Part shown: positions 35,818 through 46,600 of the stretch, piece after piece
How positions within the stretch are numbered: position 1 is the first letter of the stretch
Layout: the number at the start of each line of letters is the position of its first letter
Assembly: GCA_902780505.1 (NCBI GenBank)
Contig: CACZFN010000006.1
Coordinates: 18,656-82,655 of the forward strand
Direction of reading: 5' to 3'
From: an uncultured Ruminococcus sp.
Lineage (GTDB): Bacteria > Bacillota > Clostridia > Oscillospirales > Ruminococcaceae
DNA: 64,000 bases
The notes under the pieces: generated by a model
Seen by the model: only the letters and a program-made list of their open reading frames with translations
Database searches by the model: none
What the model was told of the DNA's origin: nothing
Position numbers and translations under genes: made by a program

Positions 35818-38148
35818 CTATATCACAAGATGGACAACGAACGCTGCCGCCCACGCGACCACGCACTGCCACAGGACTACACCCACAGCCCATTTTTTGC
35901 CGAGTTCACGCCCGACAGCCGCTATTGCAGCGACACACGGTGTATACAGAAGCGAGAACACGAGCAGGCTTGCTGCCGAGGAGGTTACCATAGCCGCGGT
36001 AACGCCGCCTGCATAAAGCACTTTAAGGGTGGATACCACGCTTTCCTTTGCCATAAAGCCGCAGACAAGGGCTACAAGAATACGCCAGTCACCAAGACCA
36101 GCAGGCTTCATTACGGGGACAAACACGCCTGCTATCTTTGCGAGAATGCTCTGTTCGGCGTCAGGTACCATATTAAGGTGCATATCAAAGCTCTTTAAGA
36201 ACCATACGGCAATAGTTGCGATAAGTATAACTGAAAATGCCCTTTGAAGGAAATCCTTTGCCTTTTCCCACAAAAGCTGTGTGACATTTCTTGCTGTAGG
36301 AAGGCGGTAGTTGGGAAGTTCCATAACAAACGGGACAGCCTCGCCGCGGAACATTGTGCCTTTATAAAGGAATGCCGCAAGAATACCGACAATTATGCCG
36401 AGAAGGTAAAGCCCGACCATTATAAGCCCCCCGCGCCCGGGGAAGAACGCATTTACAAAAAACGCATATATCGGAAGCTTTGCCGTACAGGACATAAACG
36501 GGGTGAGGAGTATTGTCATTTTTCTGTCACGCTCACTGGGGAGGGTGCGTGTTGCCATTACTGCGGGCACAGAGCAGCCGAAGCCGATAAGCAGCGGCAC
36601 TATACTCCTGCCCGAAAGACCTATCTTCCTGAGCAGCTTGTCCATAAAGAAGGCCACCCTTGCTATATAGCCGCTGTCTTCAAGTATTGACAGGAAGAAA
36701 AACAGCGTTACTATTATAGGCAGAAAGCTTAAAACGCTGCCGATGCCTTCAAATATACCGTCTATGATAAGGTCATGTATTACTTTATTGACATTTGCGC
36801 TTACAAGGGCTTTTTCACATACATCCGTCAGTTTTCCGACGCCCTTTTCAAAAACCTCCTGCAAAAACGCACCTATCACATTGAAGGTGAGGAAGAACAC
36901 CAGCGCCATTATCCCGATAAACGAGGGGATAGCGGTATATTTACCTGTCAGTATCTTATCTATCCTGCGGCTTCGCAGGTGTTCGCGGCTCTCTCCCGGC
37001 TTGATGACGGTGTCGCTGCACAGCCTTCTTATAAAGGCAAAGCGCATATCCGCAATGGCGGCACTGCGGTCAAGGCCGCGTTCCTTTTCCATCTGCGTAA
37101 CGATATGTTCCATAGTTTCGATCTCGTTCTGGTCAAGGGAAAGCTTTGCGATGACAAGCGGATCGTCTTCAGTCACCTTGCTGGCAGCAAAGCGAAGCGG
37201 CAGGCCGGCGCTTTCGGCGTGGTCTTCTATCAGGTGGGATATACCGTGAAGGCAGCGGTGAACAGCGCCGCCGTTTTCGTCCTTGCCGCAGAAATCCTGA
37301 CGCCTGGGCTTTTCCTGATAATGTGCGACATGTATGGCGTGGCTGACAAGCTCATCAACGCCTGCGTTTTTGGCTGCCGATATGGGTACAACAGGCACGC
37401 CCAGACGTTCCTCCATAATGTTTACATCAATGCTGCCGCCGTTTGCGGAAAGCTCGTCCATCATATTAAGTGCCACCACCATCGGTATATCCATTTCAAG
37501 CAGCTGCATGGTAAGGTAGAGGTTGCGCTCGATATTGGTGACATCTACTATATTTATAATGGCGTGTGGTTTTTCATCAAGCACAAAATTACGCGAAACT
37601 ATCTCCTCACTGCTGTAGGGTGACATTGAGTATATCCCGGGGAGGTCGGTAAGAAGGGTATCGGGGTGGCCTTTGATAGCGCCGTCCTTTCTGTCCACAG
37701 TTACCCCCGGGAAGTTGCCCACGTGCTGTTTTGAACCTGTAAGCTTATTAAAGAGCGTTGTTTTGCCGCTGTTCTGGTTGCCGACGAGCGCAAAGCGCAT
37801 TACCGTCCCTTCGGGGAGCGGTTCACCGTCGCCCTTTGCATGGAAGCGCCCGCCCTCACCAAGACCGGGGTGTTCGGTCTTTTTCTTTTTGGGTGTGTTT
37901 TTAACATCAGTGCTTTTATTGTCTGCGGGACAGACTTCTATCTGTGCCGCGTCGTCAAGTCTGAGGGAAAGCTCGTACCCGTGAAGCCTGAGTTCCATAG
38001 GATCGCCCATCGGGGCGAATTTGACAAGCGTTACCTCCGTTCCCGGGATAAGCCCCATGTCAAGGAAGTGCTGTCTTAATGCGCCGTCACCGCCGAGTTT
38101 TTCTACCCTGACGGTGTCGCCTGTGTTGATTTGTGCAAGTGTCTGCAT
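35818..38148 (-). CDS. feoB: Ferrous iron transporter, fused FeoA-FeoB
   Basis: Start at MQTLAQINTGDTVRVEKL (FeoA SH3-like domain). G-domain ALVGNQNSGKTTLFN, DLPGIYS. Polytopic C-terminal permease. Confidence 0.9.
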   Translation of the reverse strand: MQTLAQINTGDTVRVEKLGGDGALRQHFLDMGLIPGTEVTLVKFAPMGDPMELRLHGYELSLRLDDAAQIEVCPADNKSTDVKNTPKKKKTEHPGLGEGGRFHAKGDGEPLPEGTVMRFALVGNQNSGKTTLFNKLTGSKQHVGNFPGVTVDRKDGAIKGHPDTLLTDLPGIYSMSPYSSEEIVSRNFVLDEKPHAIINIVDVTNIERNLYLTMQLLEMDIPMVVALNMMDELSANGGSIDVNIMEERLGVPVVPISAAKNAGVDELVSHAIHVAHYQEKPRRQDFCGKDENGGAVHRCLHGISHLIEDHAESAGLPLRFAASKVTEDDPLVIAKLSLDQNEIETMEHIVTQMEKERGLDRSAAIADMRFAFIRRLCSDTVIKPGESREHLRSRRIDKILTGKYTAIPSFIGIMALVFFLTFNVIGAFLQEVFEKGVGKLTDVCEKALVSANVNKVIHDLIIDGIFEGIGSVLSFLPIIVTLFFFLSILEDSGYIARVAFFMDKLLRKIGLSGRSIVPLLIGFGCSVPAVMATRTLPSERDRKMTILLTPFMSCTAKLPIYAFFVNAFFPGRGGLIMVGLYLLGIIVGILAAFLYKGTMFRGEAVPFVMELPNYRLPTARNVTQLLWEKAKDFLQRAFSVILIATIAVWFLKSFDMHLNMVPDAEQSILAKIAGVFVPVMKPAGLGDWRILVALVCGFMAKESVVSTLKVLYAGGVTAAMVTSSAASLLVFSLLYTPCVAAIAAVGRELGKKWAVGVVLWQCVVAWAAAFVVHLVI

Positions 38149-38249
38149 ATATATTCTACTCCTGATGAATTGATTGTATTTTTCTATTCTGGTTATCCCC
38201 TGACACACCAAGTTCTGAAAGCCGTAAACCGGTGTTCTTTGCAGTGGGA

Positions 38250-39224
38250 TCAATAAAGCGCAAGGTATTTTGACTTTTCGCCGAGCACCCGTCTGCCCGC
38301 AAGGACTATAATTACCGTGATAAAAAGCGCAGCCGCTGCATTTAACGGGAAGAAAAGAAGACTTCCGTAAACGGGTATGAGTTTCAGCGCCCCGAGAACG
38401 GGGACATGAACAAAATACACCCCGAAGGATATCATGCCAAGCTTTTCAAGCGGCGTTATTTTCGGGAGTTTTTCTGTCATCACAAGCCTGTATGAAATAA
38501 TGCACACCGTCAGCGTTGTGAGCATTGCGGAAAGCTTTGCCTGTGTGCCGGGATTTGCGCTTCCAAAATTAAGATAGAGATACCCCTCACACACCTGCAG
38601 CGGCAAAGATATCAAAAGCGCCAAAAGAAGTGTCTTATCCCCCGTACCCAGCTTGACAAACCCGTTTGCGAGCAGGAAGCCGAGATAGAAATACGTCACC
38701 CACCCGAGGCAGGATATGCCCTTTATAACGCCGAGCCATCCGGGGAGTGAGTACACACCGAGAACGGGCAAAAGCCTTGCAAAGGCTATCTCACAGGGCG
38801 AGATAAAAAGCGGCAGAAGTTTAAAACGTGACTTTGCCGCTTTGTCAAAAACGGGGATAAGCAGTGTACATTCGCAGTATACGAATACGTAATACATTAT
38901 ATCAGATGCCTGCCCTGAAAGTGTCAGGCGGATAAATGAAAGGGGGATATCCGCAGGGGTGCGGTAAAGCTTCAGGCAGACAAATACAAATGACCATATA
39001 ACATACGGTATGCTGACTTTGAGAATACGCTTTTTGATGTGCGGGGCATCACCGCTTGAAAGCATCCCGCTTAAAAACAGGAAAAGCCCCACAGGAAAGT
39101 TTATAAACGGCCTTATCCACAGCAGCGCTTCTCCCCCGGGGGCAGTATGGATAAGCACCACAGCTGTAATTGCAATACCGCGAAGCAGGTTTACAGCCGA
39201 GCTTTTTTTATCATTTAGCCGCAT
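38250..39224 (-). CDS. Acyltransferase family 3 membrane protein
   Basis: VNLLRGIAITAVVLIHT and about 10 TM segments. Its start overlaps the stop of the upstream EAL gene by 14 nt. Confidence 0.75.
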   Translation of the reverse strand: MRLNDKKSSAVNLLRGIAITAVVLIHTAPGGEALLWIRPFINFPVGLFLFLSGMLSSGDAPHIKKRILKVSIPYVIWSFVFVCLKLYRTPADIPLSFIRLTLSGQASDIMYYVFVYCECTLLIPVFDKAAKSRFKLLPLFISPCEIAFARLLPVLGVYSLPGWLGVIKGISCLGWVTYFYLGFLLANGFVKLGTGDKTLLLALLISLPLQVCEGYLYLNFGSANPGTQAKLSAMLTTLTVCIISYRLVMTEKLPKITPLEKLGMISFGVYFVHVPVLGALKLIPVYGSLLFFPLNAAAALFITVIIVLAGRRVLGEKSKYLALY

Positions 39225-41916
39225 TATATTTTCCCTTCAGAATAAGCGCCCTTATATCTTCCGCTAAGCCGGCCGCGGGTTCGGGTGCAGGCCGCCCTGT
39301 GAAAAAGCCCTGGATAAGGTCAGCCCCGAGGTTTATGACACATTCAAGCTCGTCGGAAGTTTCAACGCCTTCGGCGAGCACCTTCATATTGTTCATATGT
39401 GCAAACTCGACGGTGCTTCTGAAAAACAGCTGTTTGTTTGTATCCGACTGTATCGCTGTGATAAGGAAGCGGTCTATCTTTATTATCTGCGGTGAATACC
39501 TTAAAAGGTTTACAATATTTGAATGACCTGTGCCATAGTCGTCTATGGCTATGGGTATGCCGCCGTTTCTCAAGGTCTTGAGCTTTGAAAGCTCTTTGTC
39601 GCTTACCGAGCTGCCTTCGGTTATCTCAACAACTATCCCGCCAAGTTCGGCAGAAAATTCATCCAGGAAATCATCATAAGCCTTCCCATGCAGGAAATGC
39701 CCGGGGATAGAGTTTATAAACACCCGCCTGCCCCTGAACTGTGCACGCTTATTCTTGTATATACGCATTATATTAAACATTGTGGCGTGTTCTACATCAC
39801 CAAGCCTGTCATACTGCCTTGCGGCTTCTATTACCTGTTCGGGGCTCATATTTACCGAACGGTGCGGCCGCATAAGTGCTTCATAGGCTATGATATCGGC
39901 GGTTTTAACATCAACTATAGGCTGGAAGTGGTAATCAAAGAGGTTGTTTTCTATAAGCAGCTCAAATGACTTGTAAACTTCCGACGGGAGTGACGAGTGC
40001 TTTACTGCGGGCGCGATATCGGCGCTTAGACGGTTTAAGTACATAGCGTTGCCTGCAAGGCGTGAGAATGACGCAAGTGTGCCCTCCCACCCCGGGAAAA
40101 GGTCTGTGCAGCCTGCGTTTACTTCAAGGTAGTATTCCTTGCCGTTCTCTGCGTTATAGTCGCCGAGGTGATTAAAGAAAGTATCGGTGGCGCGGTTTAT
40201 CTCGGGGGATATCTCGGATGGATCATCAAAGCTGTTGATGACAAGAAATTCATCATCGGAAACCCGCCCGATAAAGGCGTTGTCTTTATTTGACCTGCGA
40301 AGAAGCTCTGCCACTGTCTTTACCGATTCTTCGATCTCCTTTATGCCGTAGTTTTCATAGATGTATTTATATTTTGGTATACCGTAGATAGAAATTGTCA
40401 GGCACTTATCGTGGTTTGCGGGAACAAGGGATAGTTCCTCAAACCAAGCAGTTGTGCCTTTAAGGTTAGGCAGGCCTGTAAGGTGGTCGGTAAGTGCGGC
40501 ATTTTTAAGGCCGAGCAGTGTTATACGCTGTCTGTAATAGCGCACTATCGAGTCAAAGCCTATATTAATCGCGGCAAGGGATCTGTTTATATTATGGGAA
40601 TCTGTAAGTATCCCTGAAGAACTTACAGCATAATAGCCGTAGACTTCCTCACCCGAGTTTATAGCACTGAGCACATAAACGGTATCATCCTGTTCGCTCT
40701 CTGCTGCCCAGTGTTCAGGTTCGGGTATCATGTCGGACAGCAAGAAGGTCTTTTCCTTAGGTGTCCAGCTTGCATACTTTGAACAGTAGATTTCAAGGGT
40801 GTCGGTAAACACATGGCTTCTGCCGGCGGTGTTCTGCTGCATTACCTGTTCCATAAAGTCTTCATTGAGCGCTATCTGCCCGAATGAAAGTATAAGCGAG
40901 GGCAGGAGTGCCTTGAAAGCGGCCATATCCTTTGCTTCGAGAGCCTCACTTAGCCAGCCGAAAACAAATTCATCGTGTGAAAGCGATTCATGCACAAGTG
41001 AATACTGCCGCTGCGCTTCCACCCTCGGCTCAGCCCCGTAGTACGGGCACCCGCAGGATTCAGCAAAAACAGGGGCAAACTGGTTATATGTAACATCAGG
41101 GACTTGCCTGCCTTCCATCAGCTTTATCACAATGTCAAGTGCAGAACGTGCAAGGGAAGAAAAATCCTCTTTACAGGTGGAAAGCTGCGGCACCATGTAT
41201 TCGGCTTCACGTATGCCGTCAAAGCCTGTTACGTATACATCTTCGGGAACTTTAAAACCACGGCGTTTAAGGTCTTCACACACAGCTATCGCCATATAAT
41301 CATTTGCGCAGAATATCGCCTTAGGCGGCCTGCCGCCGCGCTTTTGAAGTATACGCTCCAACGCCTGATATGTGGGGATATTCCAGTATTCGCCGTATTC
41401 AACGAGGTCTTTACTGAATTCAAGCCCGCATTCCTCGAGGACTTCTCTATAGCATTCTATTCTTTTTACCGACTGCTCGTCTTCTTCTTTTCTGCCCGCA
41501 ATGAAAAAGGTGTCACGTGCGCCATGTTCTGTGATAACGTGCCGCATAAGCGCCTTATACCCATCGGCATAATCGTTGAGAATACATGGGCAGCCGCCGC
41601 CTTCCCGCTTTAAGAGCAGAACGGGGGTATCATGTGCCTTTGCTTTGTCGATTATATCAAGGTACACCTTATCATCATGGAAGTTTTCCGCCTGAATGAT
41701 AAGGGCATCTACAAGATCATAATTTATGATGCTGTAAACGGTCTTTGCGCCCATATCATTTGCATCTTTATTATAAAAATCGACAGGGCTGTTGAACACT
41801 ATAAGCTTTACACCGAGCTTTTTTGTAAGCTGATGAAGTTCCGACAGGAACTCGTTTACACATATCGAGTGTATTCTTGATACACATACCCCTATAACTT
41901 TTTTATCAACTATCAT
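39211..41916 (-). CDS. Cytoplasmic LacI/PBP1-like sugar-binding domain + degenerate GGDEF + EAL phosphodiesterase
   Basis: N-terminal Peripla_BP-like fold (FCANDYMAIAVCEDLKRRGFKVPEDVYVTGFD) with no signal peptide. GGDEF site reads RVSDDEF. EAL motifs YEALMRP, DDYGTGHSN, KIDRFLI, AEGVET. Confidence 0.8.
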   Translation of the reverse strand: MIVDKKVIGVCVSRIHSICVNEFLSELHQLTKKLGVKLIVFNSPVDFYNKDANDMGAKTVYSIINYDLVDALIIQAENFHDDKVYLDIIDKAKAHDTPVLLLKREGGGCPCILNDYADGYKALMRHVITEHGARDTFFIAGRKEEDEQSVKRIECYREVLEECGLEFSKDLVEYGEYWNIPTYQALERILQKRGGRPPKAIFCANDYMAIAVCEDLKRRGFKVPEDVYVTGFDGIREAEYMVPQLSTCKEDFSSLARSALDIVIKLMEGRQVPDVTYNQFAPVFAESCGCPYYGAEPRVEAQRQYSLVHESLSHDEFVFGWLSEALEAKDMAAFKALLPSLILSFGQIALNEDFMEQVMQQNTAGRSHVFTDTLEIYCSKYASWTPKEKTFLLSDMIPEPEHWAAESEQDDTVYVLSAINSGEEVYGYYAVSSSGILTDSHNINRSLAAINIGFDSIVRYYRQRITLLGLKNAALTDHLTGLPNLKGTTAWFEELSLVPANHDKCLTISIYGIPKYKYIYENYGIKEIEESVKTVAELLRRSNKDNAFIGRVSDDEFLVINSFDDPSEISPEINRATDTFFNHLGDYNAENGKEYYLEVNAGCTDLFPGWEGTLASFSRLAGNAMYLNRLSADIAPAVKHSSLPSEVYKSFELLIENNLFDYHFQPIVDVKTADIIAYEALMRPHRSVNMSPEQVIEAARQYDRLGDVEHATMFNIMRIYKNKRAQFRGRRVFINSIPGHFLHGKAYDDFLDEFSAELGGIVVEITEGSSVSDKELSKLKTLRNGGIPIAIDDYGTGHSNIVNLLRYSPQIIKIDRFLITAIQSDTNKQLFFRSTVEFAHMNNMKVLAEGVETSDELECVINLGADLIQGFFTGRPAPEPAAGLAEDIRALILKGKYNAAK

Positions 41917-41931
41917 AAGAATATATCCCTA

Positions 41932-43680
41932 TCAGCTTTTAAGATGTTTTTTGTTTTCGTACATTAGGCTGTCAGCGCGTTCAAATACGTCTGATACCTT
42001 AGTGTCTTTTTCGTCATCAAAGACACTAAGTCCCGAAGCTACTATCGGGCCCGAACCGCTTTCACGGCTTCTTTGCACTTCACTCCTGAATCTGTCCAAA
42101 AGCTCGTCACGATTTTCGTAATCGCCGCCCTTGACGACTGCCACAAATTCATCACCGCCTATCCTGAAGACAGGGCTGTGTGCAAACACCCGGCAGATCA
42201 GCCGGCAGGCGCTTTTTATGAACTCGTCGCCCGTTTTGTGGCCGAGAGTATCGTTTATCGTTTTAAGTGAATTAAGGTCGCAAATAACAATGCCGAACGG
42301 CTCACAGTTCCCGCTGTCGATACGCGCCTGCATGGCCGCTTCAAATTCCTGATATGCGTTCTTATTCCTTACCCCTGTAAGCTCGTCGTTCATAGCCTTT
42401 TCGTTGGCGGTCCTGAGAGCGCGCATCTGTTCGTTTTCACGTTTTATCTGGTCATCTATATTTGCGAGGCCGATTATAAGGTGACGCTTATCTTCTGCCC
42501 ATGCAGCGCGCAGGCTTATATACACGGGAACGCTGCCGAGAACAAACCTGTAAGTCCCCGAAAATGTCTTGTTTACCTGCATATGTGCAAGAAAACTCTC
42601 TCTGCTTACATCCGCAAGCGCCTTTTCACGGTCTTCACTGAAGACCGTCGTTTCCATTTCGCGGGCTATATCGGTGAAGAAATCCTCACCGCTTGCCTTC
42701 AGGCTGAGTGCGTGGTACTGGTTTGAAGGGCTGTACTGCGAATACTTGTTTGTCTTTGAATCCACATAATAAATGGAATCATATCTGTCTGCGAGGGTGG
42801 AGGCTATCTGGCTGTAGGTGATGCTTTTTGCCTGCATTTCCCTGAGTTCCTGCTCGGTCGTCATTTCCTCCGTTATATTCTCAACGCAGAACATGGCGTG
42901 CTTTTTATCCTTTGTCAGCATCACACTCAGCCTTGCGTAAGATGTCGTTTTATCGTCAACTATTATCCTGTATTTTGTACTTTGTGTCTTTACTTTTTTA
43001 AGCATAGCGGTCATTGTCTGCTTATCAAAAAACGGCGCAAGAAGTTTCTGGTCGTCCTTATGTATAAGCCTTATCATGTTCTTCATTGATTCCTTAAAGA
43101 AATCATTGCCCTTTTCCGGCACTTCAAGCACTCTGTAGAGGTCTGTTGATGAAAACTCAACATATGCGCTGCTTTCAAGGTCCACGTAGTATATCGTATC
43201 ATAATGCTCGGCAAGGCTTCTGGCTATCTGGTCAAAGGTCTCACGTTCCTGTTCAAGCCTTTTTGCTTCAAGTTTTATCTGCATATCCCTGTCGATATTT
43301 GTGACACCGAGAATAAAATAATCATCATTCTCGCTTATTCCCCTGATAAGTTTAAGCTCGTGATAAACAGGCTTACCGTCAATAAGCAGGCGGTAGGTTA
43401 TGCTTTTCATCATACCGTTTTTCATTTCGGATATAAGCTTATCCTTCTGCATTTTCTGCAAAAAAGCGTGGATATCATCAGGGTATACAGAAACGGCGGC
43501 ATCCCGCGCGACGTTTTCAAAGAAATCCTGCCCTTCCTGCTGAGCGCTCAGGGAAAAGGAATTCTGGTCGATCGAATACCACATATATTCATTTGTTACT
43601 GCATTTACATAGTAAACGCTTGTGTAATCACAAAGCAGTGCGTTAGCGATCCTGTCAAAAATAAGCTCCTTGTCAGCCAT
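41932..43680 (-). CDS. Diguanylate cyclase (GGDEF) with three tandem N-terminal sensor-like repeats
   Basis: Start set at ATG MADKE. Three ~140-aa repeats begin L(L/A)xxYD(S/T)(V/I)YYV. C-terminal LTGVRNKNAY...RIGGDEFVAV. Confidence 0.8.
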   Translation of the reverse strand: MADKELIFDRIANALLCDYTSVYYVNAVTNEYMWYSIDQNSFSLSAQQEGQDFFENVARDAAVSVYPDDIHAFLQKMQKDKLISEMKNGMMKSITYRLLIDGKPVYHELKLIRGISENDDYFILGVTNIDRDMQIKLEAKRLEQERETFDQIARSLAEHYDTIYYVDLESSAYVEFSSTDLYRVLEVPEKGNDFFKESMKNMIRLIHKDDQKLLAPFFDKQTMTAMLKKVKTQSTKYRIIVDDKTTSYARLSVMLTKDKKHAMFCVENITEEMTTEQELREMQAKSITYSQIASTLADRYDSIYYVDSKTNKYSQYSPSNQYHALSLKASGEDFFTDIAREMETTVFSEDREKALADVSRESFLAHMQVNKTFSGTYRFVLGSVPVYISLRAAWAEDKRHLIIGLANIDDQIKRENEQMRALRTANEKAMNDELTGVRNKNAYQEFEAAMQARIDSGNCEPFGIVICDLNSLKTINDTLGHKTGDEFIKSACRLICRVFAHSPVFRIGGDEFVAVVKGGDYENRDELLDRFRSEVQRSRESGSGPIVASGLSVFDDEKDTKVSDVFERADSLMYENKKHLKS

Positions 43681-43938
43681 TGTATACAAGCCCCCCGGAA
43701 GTTATAATTATCCATTTTATTTTATTATACCAAATTTTGAGTATTATTTCAAGTGCTGTGAAGCATATTGGTCATTATTAATAATACCTGCTGCTTTGGT
43801 TTGGTCATATTGTAAATACACAAACTTGCCGTCTGTGCGGGGGCGGGATTTATGCACTAATGCTTATTCAAACGTTTTCTTAATAAAACGGTTGAATATT
43901 TTCACATTTCTTTTTACAAAGAACTTTTCCAACCCCCC

Positions 43939-43967
43939 TTTACAAGCGCACTTTTCGGTGCTATAAT
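43939..43967 (+). promoter_or_regulatory. Extended -10 promoter for MATE gene
   Basis: TTTACA (43939..43944), 17-nt spacer, TGc-TATAAT (43959..43967). Confidence 0.6.
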
Positions 43968-44002
43968 ACCTAATCGGACGATTGAAAAAAGGTGTGATAG
44001 AT

Positions 44003-45388
44003 ATGAAAAAGACATCTGTTAATATGACAGAGGGCAGCATTTTAAAAAACCTGCTGTTTTTTGCGATACCCGTACTTATCGGGAATGTTTTCCAACAGCT
44101 TTATAATGTGGCGGATACAGCCATAATCGGCAATGTACTGGGTGACAAGGCACTTGCATCAGTCGGTGCGGCGGCGCCTGTATACGGGCTGATGATAGGC
44201 CTTGCAGGAGGGCTTACAAACGGCTTTGCGGTCATCATAGCACGCTTTTTCGGTGCGGACAATGAAAGGGGACTGCGCCGGGCTGTGTGCCTTACATATA
44301 TCCTTTCGGGGATAATAGCGCTTGTTCTGAGTGTTTCGGGGCTAATAGCGCTTCACCCGCTTATGCTTTCCCTGCATACCCCGAGGGAGATACTCGCCGA
44401 TACCGAAAGCTATCTCAGAATAATAATACTCTTTTCCTTTATAACTATTGCCTACAATATGCTTGCGGGCATGATGCGTGCACTCGGCAACAGCAAAGCG
44501 CCGCTTTACTTCCTTGTGGCAGCTTCGTTTGTGAATATCGGGCTTGACCTTCTGTTTGTAAAGGTGTTTGATATGGGCGTTGCAGGTGCAGCGTATGCAA
44601 CGGTGATATCACAGCTTGTATCGGTGATGCTGTGCTTTGCATATATGCTGAGGAAGTGCGGTATCCTTGTATTTTCCCGCAAAGACCTGCATTTTGACAA
44701 AGCCCTTTTGTCCGAGCTTTTAAGCACAGGGCTTTCAATGGGGCTTATGTATGCGATAGTATCTGTGGGTTCGGTAATACTACAGGGGGCTGTAAACTCC
44801 TTTGGCACAGCTACTATTACCGCCCACACTGCCGCAAGGAAGATAGACGATATCTTTATGCTTTCAATGGGCACTATCGCTATGGCATCTTCAACCTTTG
44901 CAAGCCAGAACTTCGGCGCGGGCAAGCTTGAACGTGTGGCAAAGGGCATCAGATGCGGTGTGCTTATGTCATTTGCGTGGAGTGCCTTTGCACTGCTTTG
45001 TGCATTGATCTTCCGTGTGCCGCTTATACGTGCACTCACCGGCAGCAGCGACAGCGAGGTCATCAGCCTTGCATCAAAGTATATAATCATAAACATTTCA
45101 TTTTTCTTTGTGCTCGGAATACTTCTTGTGTTAAGAAGCAGCCTTCAGGGGGTGGGCAGGAAGATAGTCCCCGTAAGCGGCAGCGCGGTGGAGTTTCTTC
45201 TGAAGGTATTCGGCGCTTCCTTCCTTGCGCCGAAGCTTGGCTACTTCGGCATATGTATACTTGAACCTGTTATCTGGACAGTCTGTGCGGTAATAGTTCT
45301 GCTTGACCTCAGGGCGTTTATGAGATCACAGAAAAACCCGCGGTCTTCCTCTTGCCAATCAGCTAAAAATGTGGTACAATCATATTGA
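44003..45388 (+). CDS. MATE family efflux transporter
   Basis: MTEGSILKNLLFFAIPVLIGNVFQQLYNVADTAIIG is a typical MATE N-terminus. 12 TM segments. Confidence 0.9.
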   Translation: MKKTSVNMTEGSILKNLLFFAIPVLIGNVFQQLYNVADTAIIGNVLGDKALASVGAAAPVYGLMIGLAGGLTNGFAVIIARFFGADNERGLRRAVCLTYILSGIIALVLSVSGLIALHPLMLSLHTPREILADTESYLRIIILFSFITIAYNMLAGMMRALGNSKAPLYFLVAASFVNIGLDLLFVKVFDMGVAGAAYATVISQLVSVMLCFAYMLRKCGILVFSRKDLHFDKALLSELLSTGLSMGLMYAIVSVGSVILQGAVNSFGTATITAHTAARKIDDIFMLSMGTIAMASSTFASQNFGAGKLERVAKGIRCGVLMSFAWSAFALLCALIFRVPLIRALTGSSDSEVISLASKYIIINISFFFVLGILLVLRSSLQGVGRKIVPVSGSAVEFLLKVFGASFLAPKLGYFGICILEPVIWTVCAVIVLLDLRAFMRSQKNPRSSSCQSAKNVVQSY

Positions 45389-45421
45389 ACCTGATTGTTT
45401 ACATAAGGAGGAATCGGAACT

Positions 45422-46600
45422 ATGGATAATTTTAACTTTTACAGCCCCACAGAATTTGTATTCGGTAAAGACCGTGAAACCGAATGCGGCAAGTATGTCA
45501 AAAAGTACGGCGGAAAAAAGGTGCTCGTGCACTTCGGCGGCGGTTCGGCGGAAAAGTCGGGGCTTCTTGCAAAGGTAAGAAAGTCGCTTGAACAGGCAGG
45601 CGTTTCCTATACAGAGCTTGGCGGCGTTCAGCCAAACCCCCGTGATACCCTTGTATATAAGGGCATTGAGCTTTGCAGGAGTGAAGGCGTTGACTTTATC
45701 CTTGCAGTCGGCGGCGGCTCGGTAATAGATTCCGCCAAAGCTATAGCTGCGGGTACACTTTATGAAGGCGATTTCTGGGATTTTTACTGCGGCACGCCGA
45801 TCGAAAAGGCTTTGCCGATAGGCGTTGTTCTGACGATTGCCGCAGCAGGCAGCGAAGGTTCGGGCAACTCGGTAATCACAAAAGAGGACGGGCTTTTAAA
45901 ACGAGGAACGGGTTCGGACCTTCTTCGTTCACGCTTTTCTATACTTGATCCTGCACTTACACAGACACTTCCCGCATACCAGACAGCCTGCGGCGCCACC
46001 GATATAATGGCACACGTTTTTGAAAGATACTTCACAAACACCAAAGAGGTTGAAATAACTGACAGGCTTTGCGAAGCTGTACTGCTTACTATGGTAAAAG
46101 AGGTGCCGCGTGTTATAAAAGATCCCGACAACTACGAAGCCTGCGCAAACATAATGTGGGCGGGAATGGTGGCGCATAATAACATAGTAGGCGTAGGCAG
46201 GCAGCAGGACTGGAACAGCCACGGCATGGAGCATGAACTTTCAGCACTTTACGACTGTGCACACGGCGCAGGGCTTGCAGTTATTATGCCTGCATGGATG
46301 GAATATGTAAGAAGCCACAATGTTATGCGTTTTTGCCAGATGGCAACAAGGGTGTTCGGCTGTCAGATGGATTACGAAAACCCCGATGCAACTGCACTTG
46401 AAGGGATCTGCTGCTTCAGGCGGTTCCTTAAATCGATAGGTATGCCGATAAACTTTGATGAGCTTGGCGCAAAGGCGGAGGATATCCCCGTCCTTGTTGA
46501 AAAGCTCGGCATAGGCGACGGCAGGCGTGCAGGTTTTATGGAACTTGACAGGCAGGACGTCACAAGAATATATGAGATCGCGGTAAAGGCAAAAATATAA
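45422..46600 (+). CDS. Iron-containing alcohol dehydrogenase (butanol dehydrogenase/YqhD-like)
   Basis: FNFYSPTEFVFGKD, AVGGGSVIDSAKAIA, HGMEHELSALYDCAHGAGLA. Confidence 0.9.
   Translation: MDNFNFYSPTEFVFGKDRETECGKYVKKYGGKKVLVHFGGGSAEKSGLLAKVRKSLEQAGVSYTELGGVQPNPRDTLVYKGIELCRSEGVDFILAVGGGSVIDSAKAIAAGTLYEGDFWDFYCGTPIEKALPIGVVLTIAAAGSEGSGNSVITKEDGLLKRGTGSDLLRSRFSILDPALTQTLPAYQTACGATDIMAHVFERYFTNTKEVEITDRLCEAVLLTMVKEVPRVIKDPDNYEACANIMWAGMVAHNNIVGVGRQQDWNSHGMEHELSALYDCAHGAGLAVIMPAWMEYVRSHNVMRFCQMATRVFGCQMDYENPDATALEGICCFRRFLKSIGMPINFDELGAKAEDIPVLVEKLGIGDGRRAGFMELDRQDVTRIYEIAVKAKI

Noticed and set aside
35626-37623. Several plus-strand ORFs of 150-280 aa (35626..36198, 36775..37623 and others).
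   Set aside because: They are antisense to feoB. They have no RBS and non-protein-like composition.
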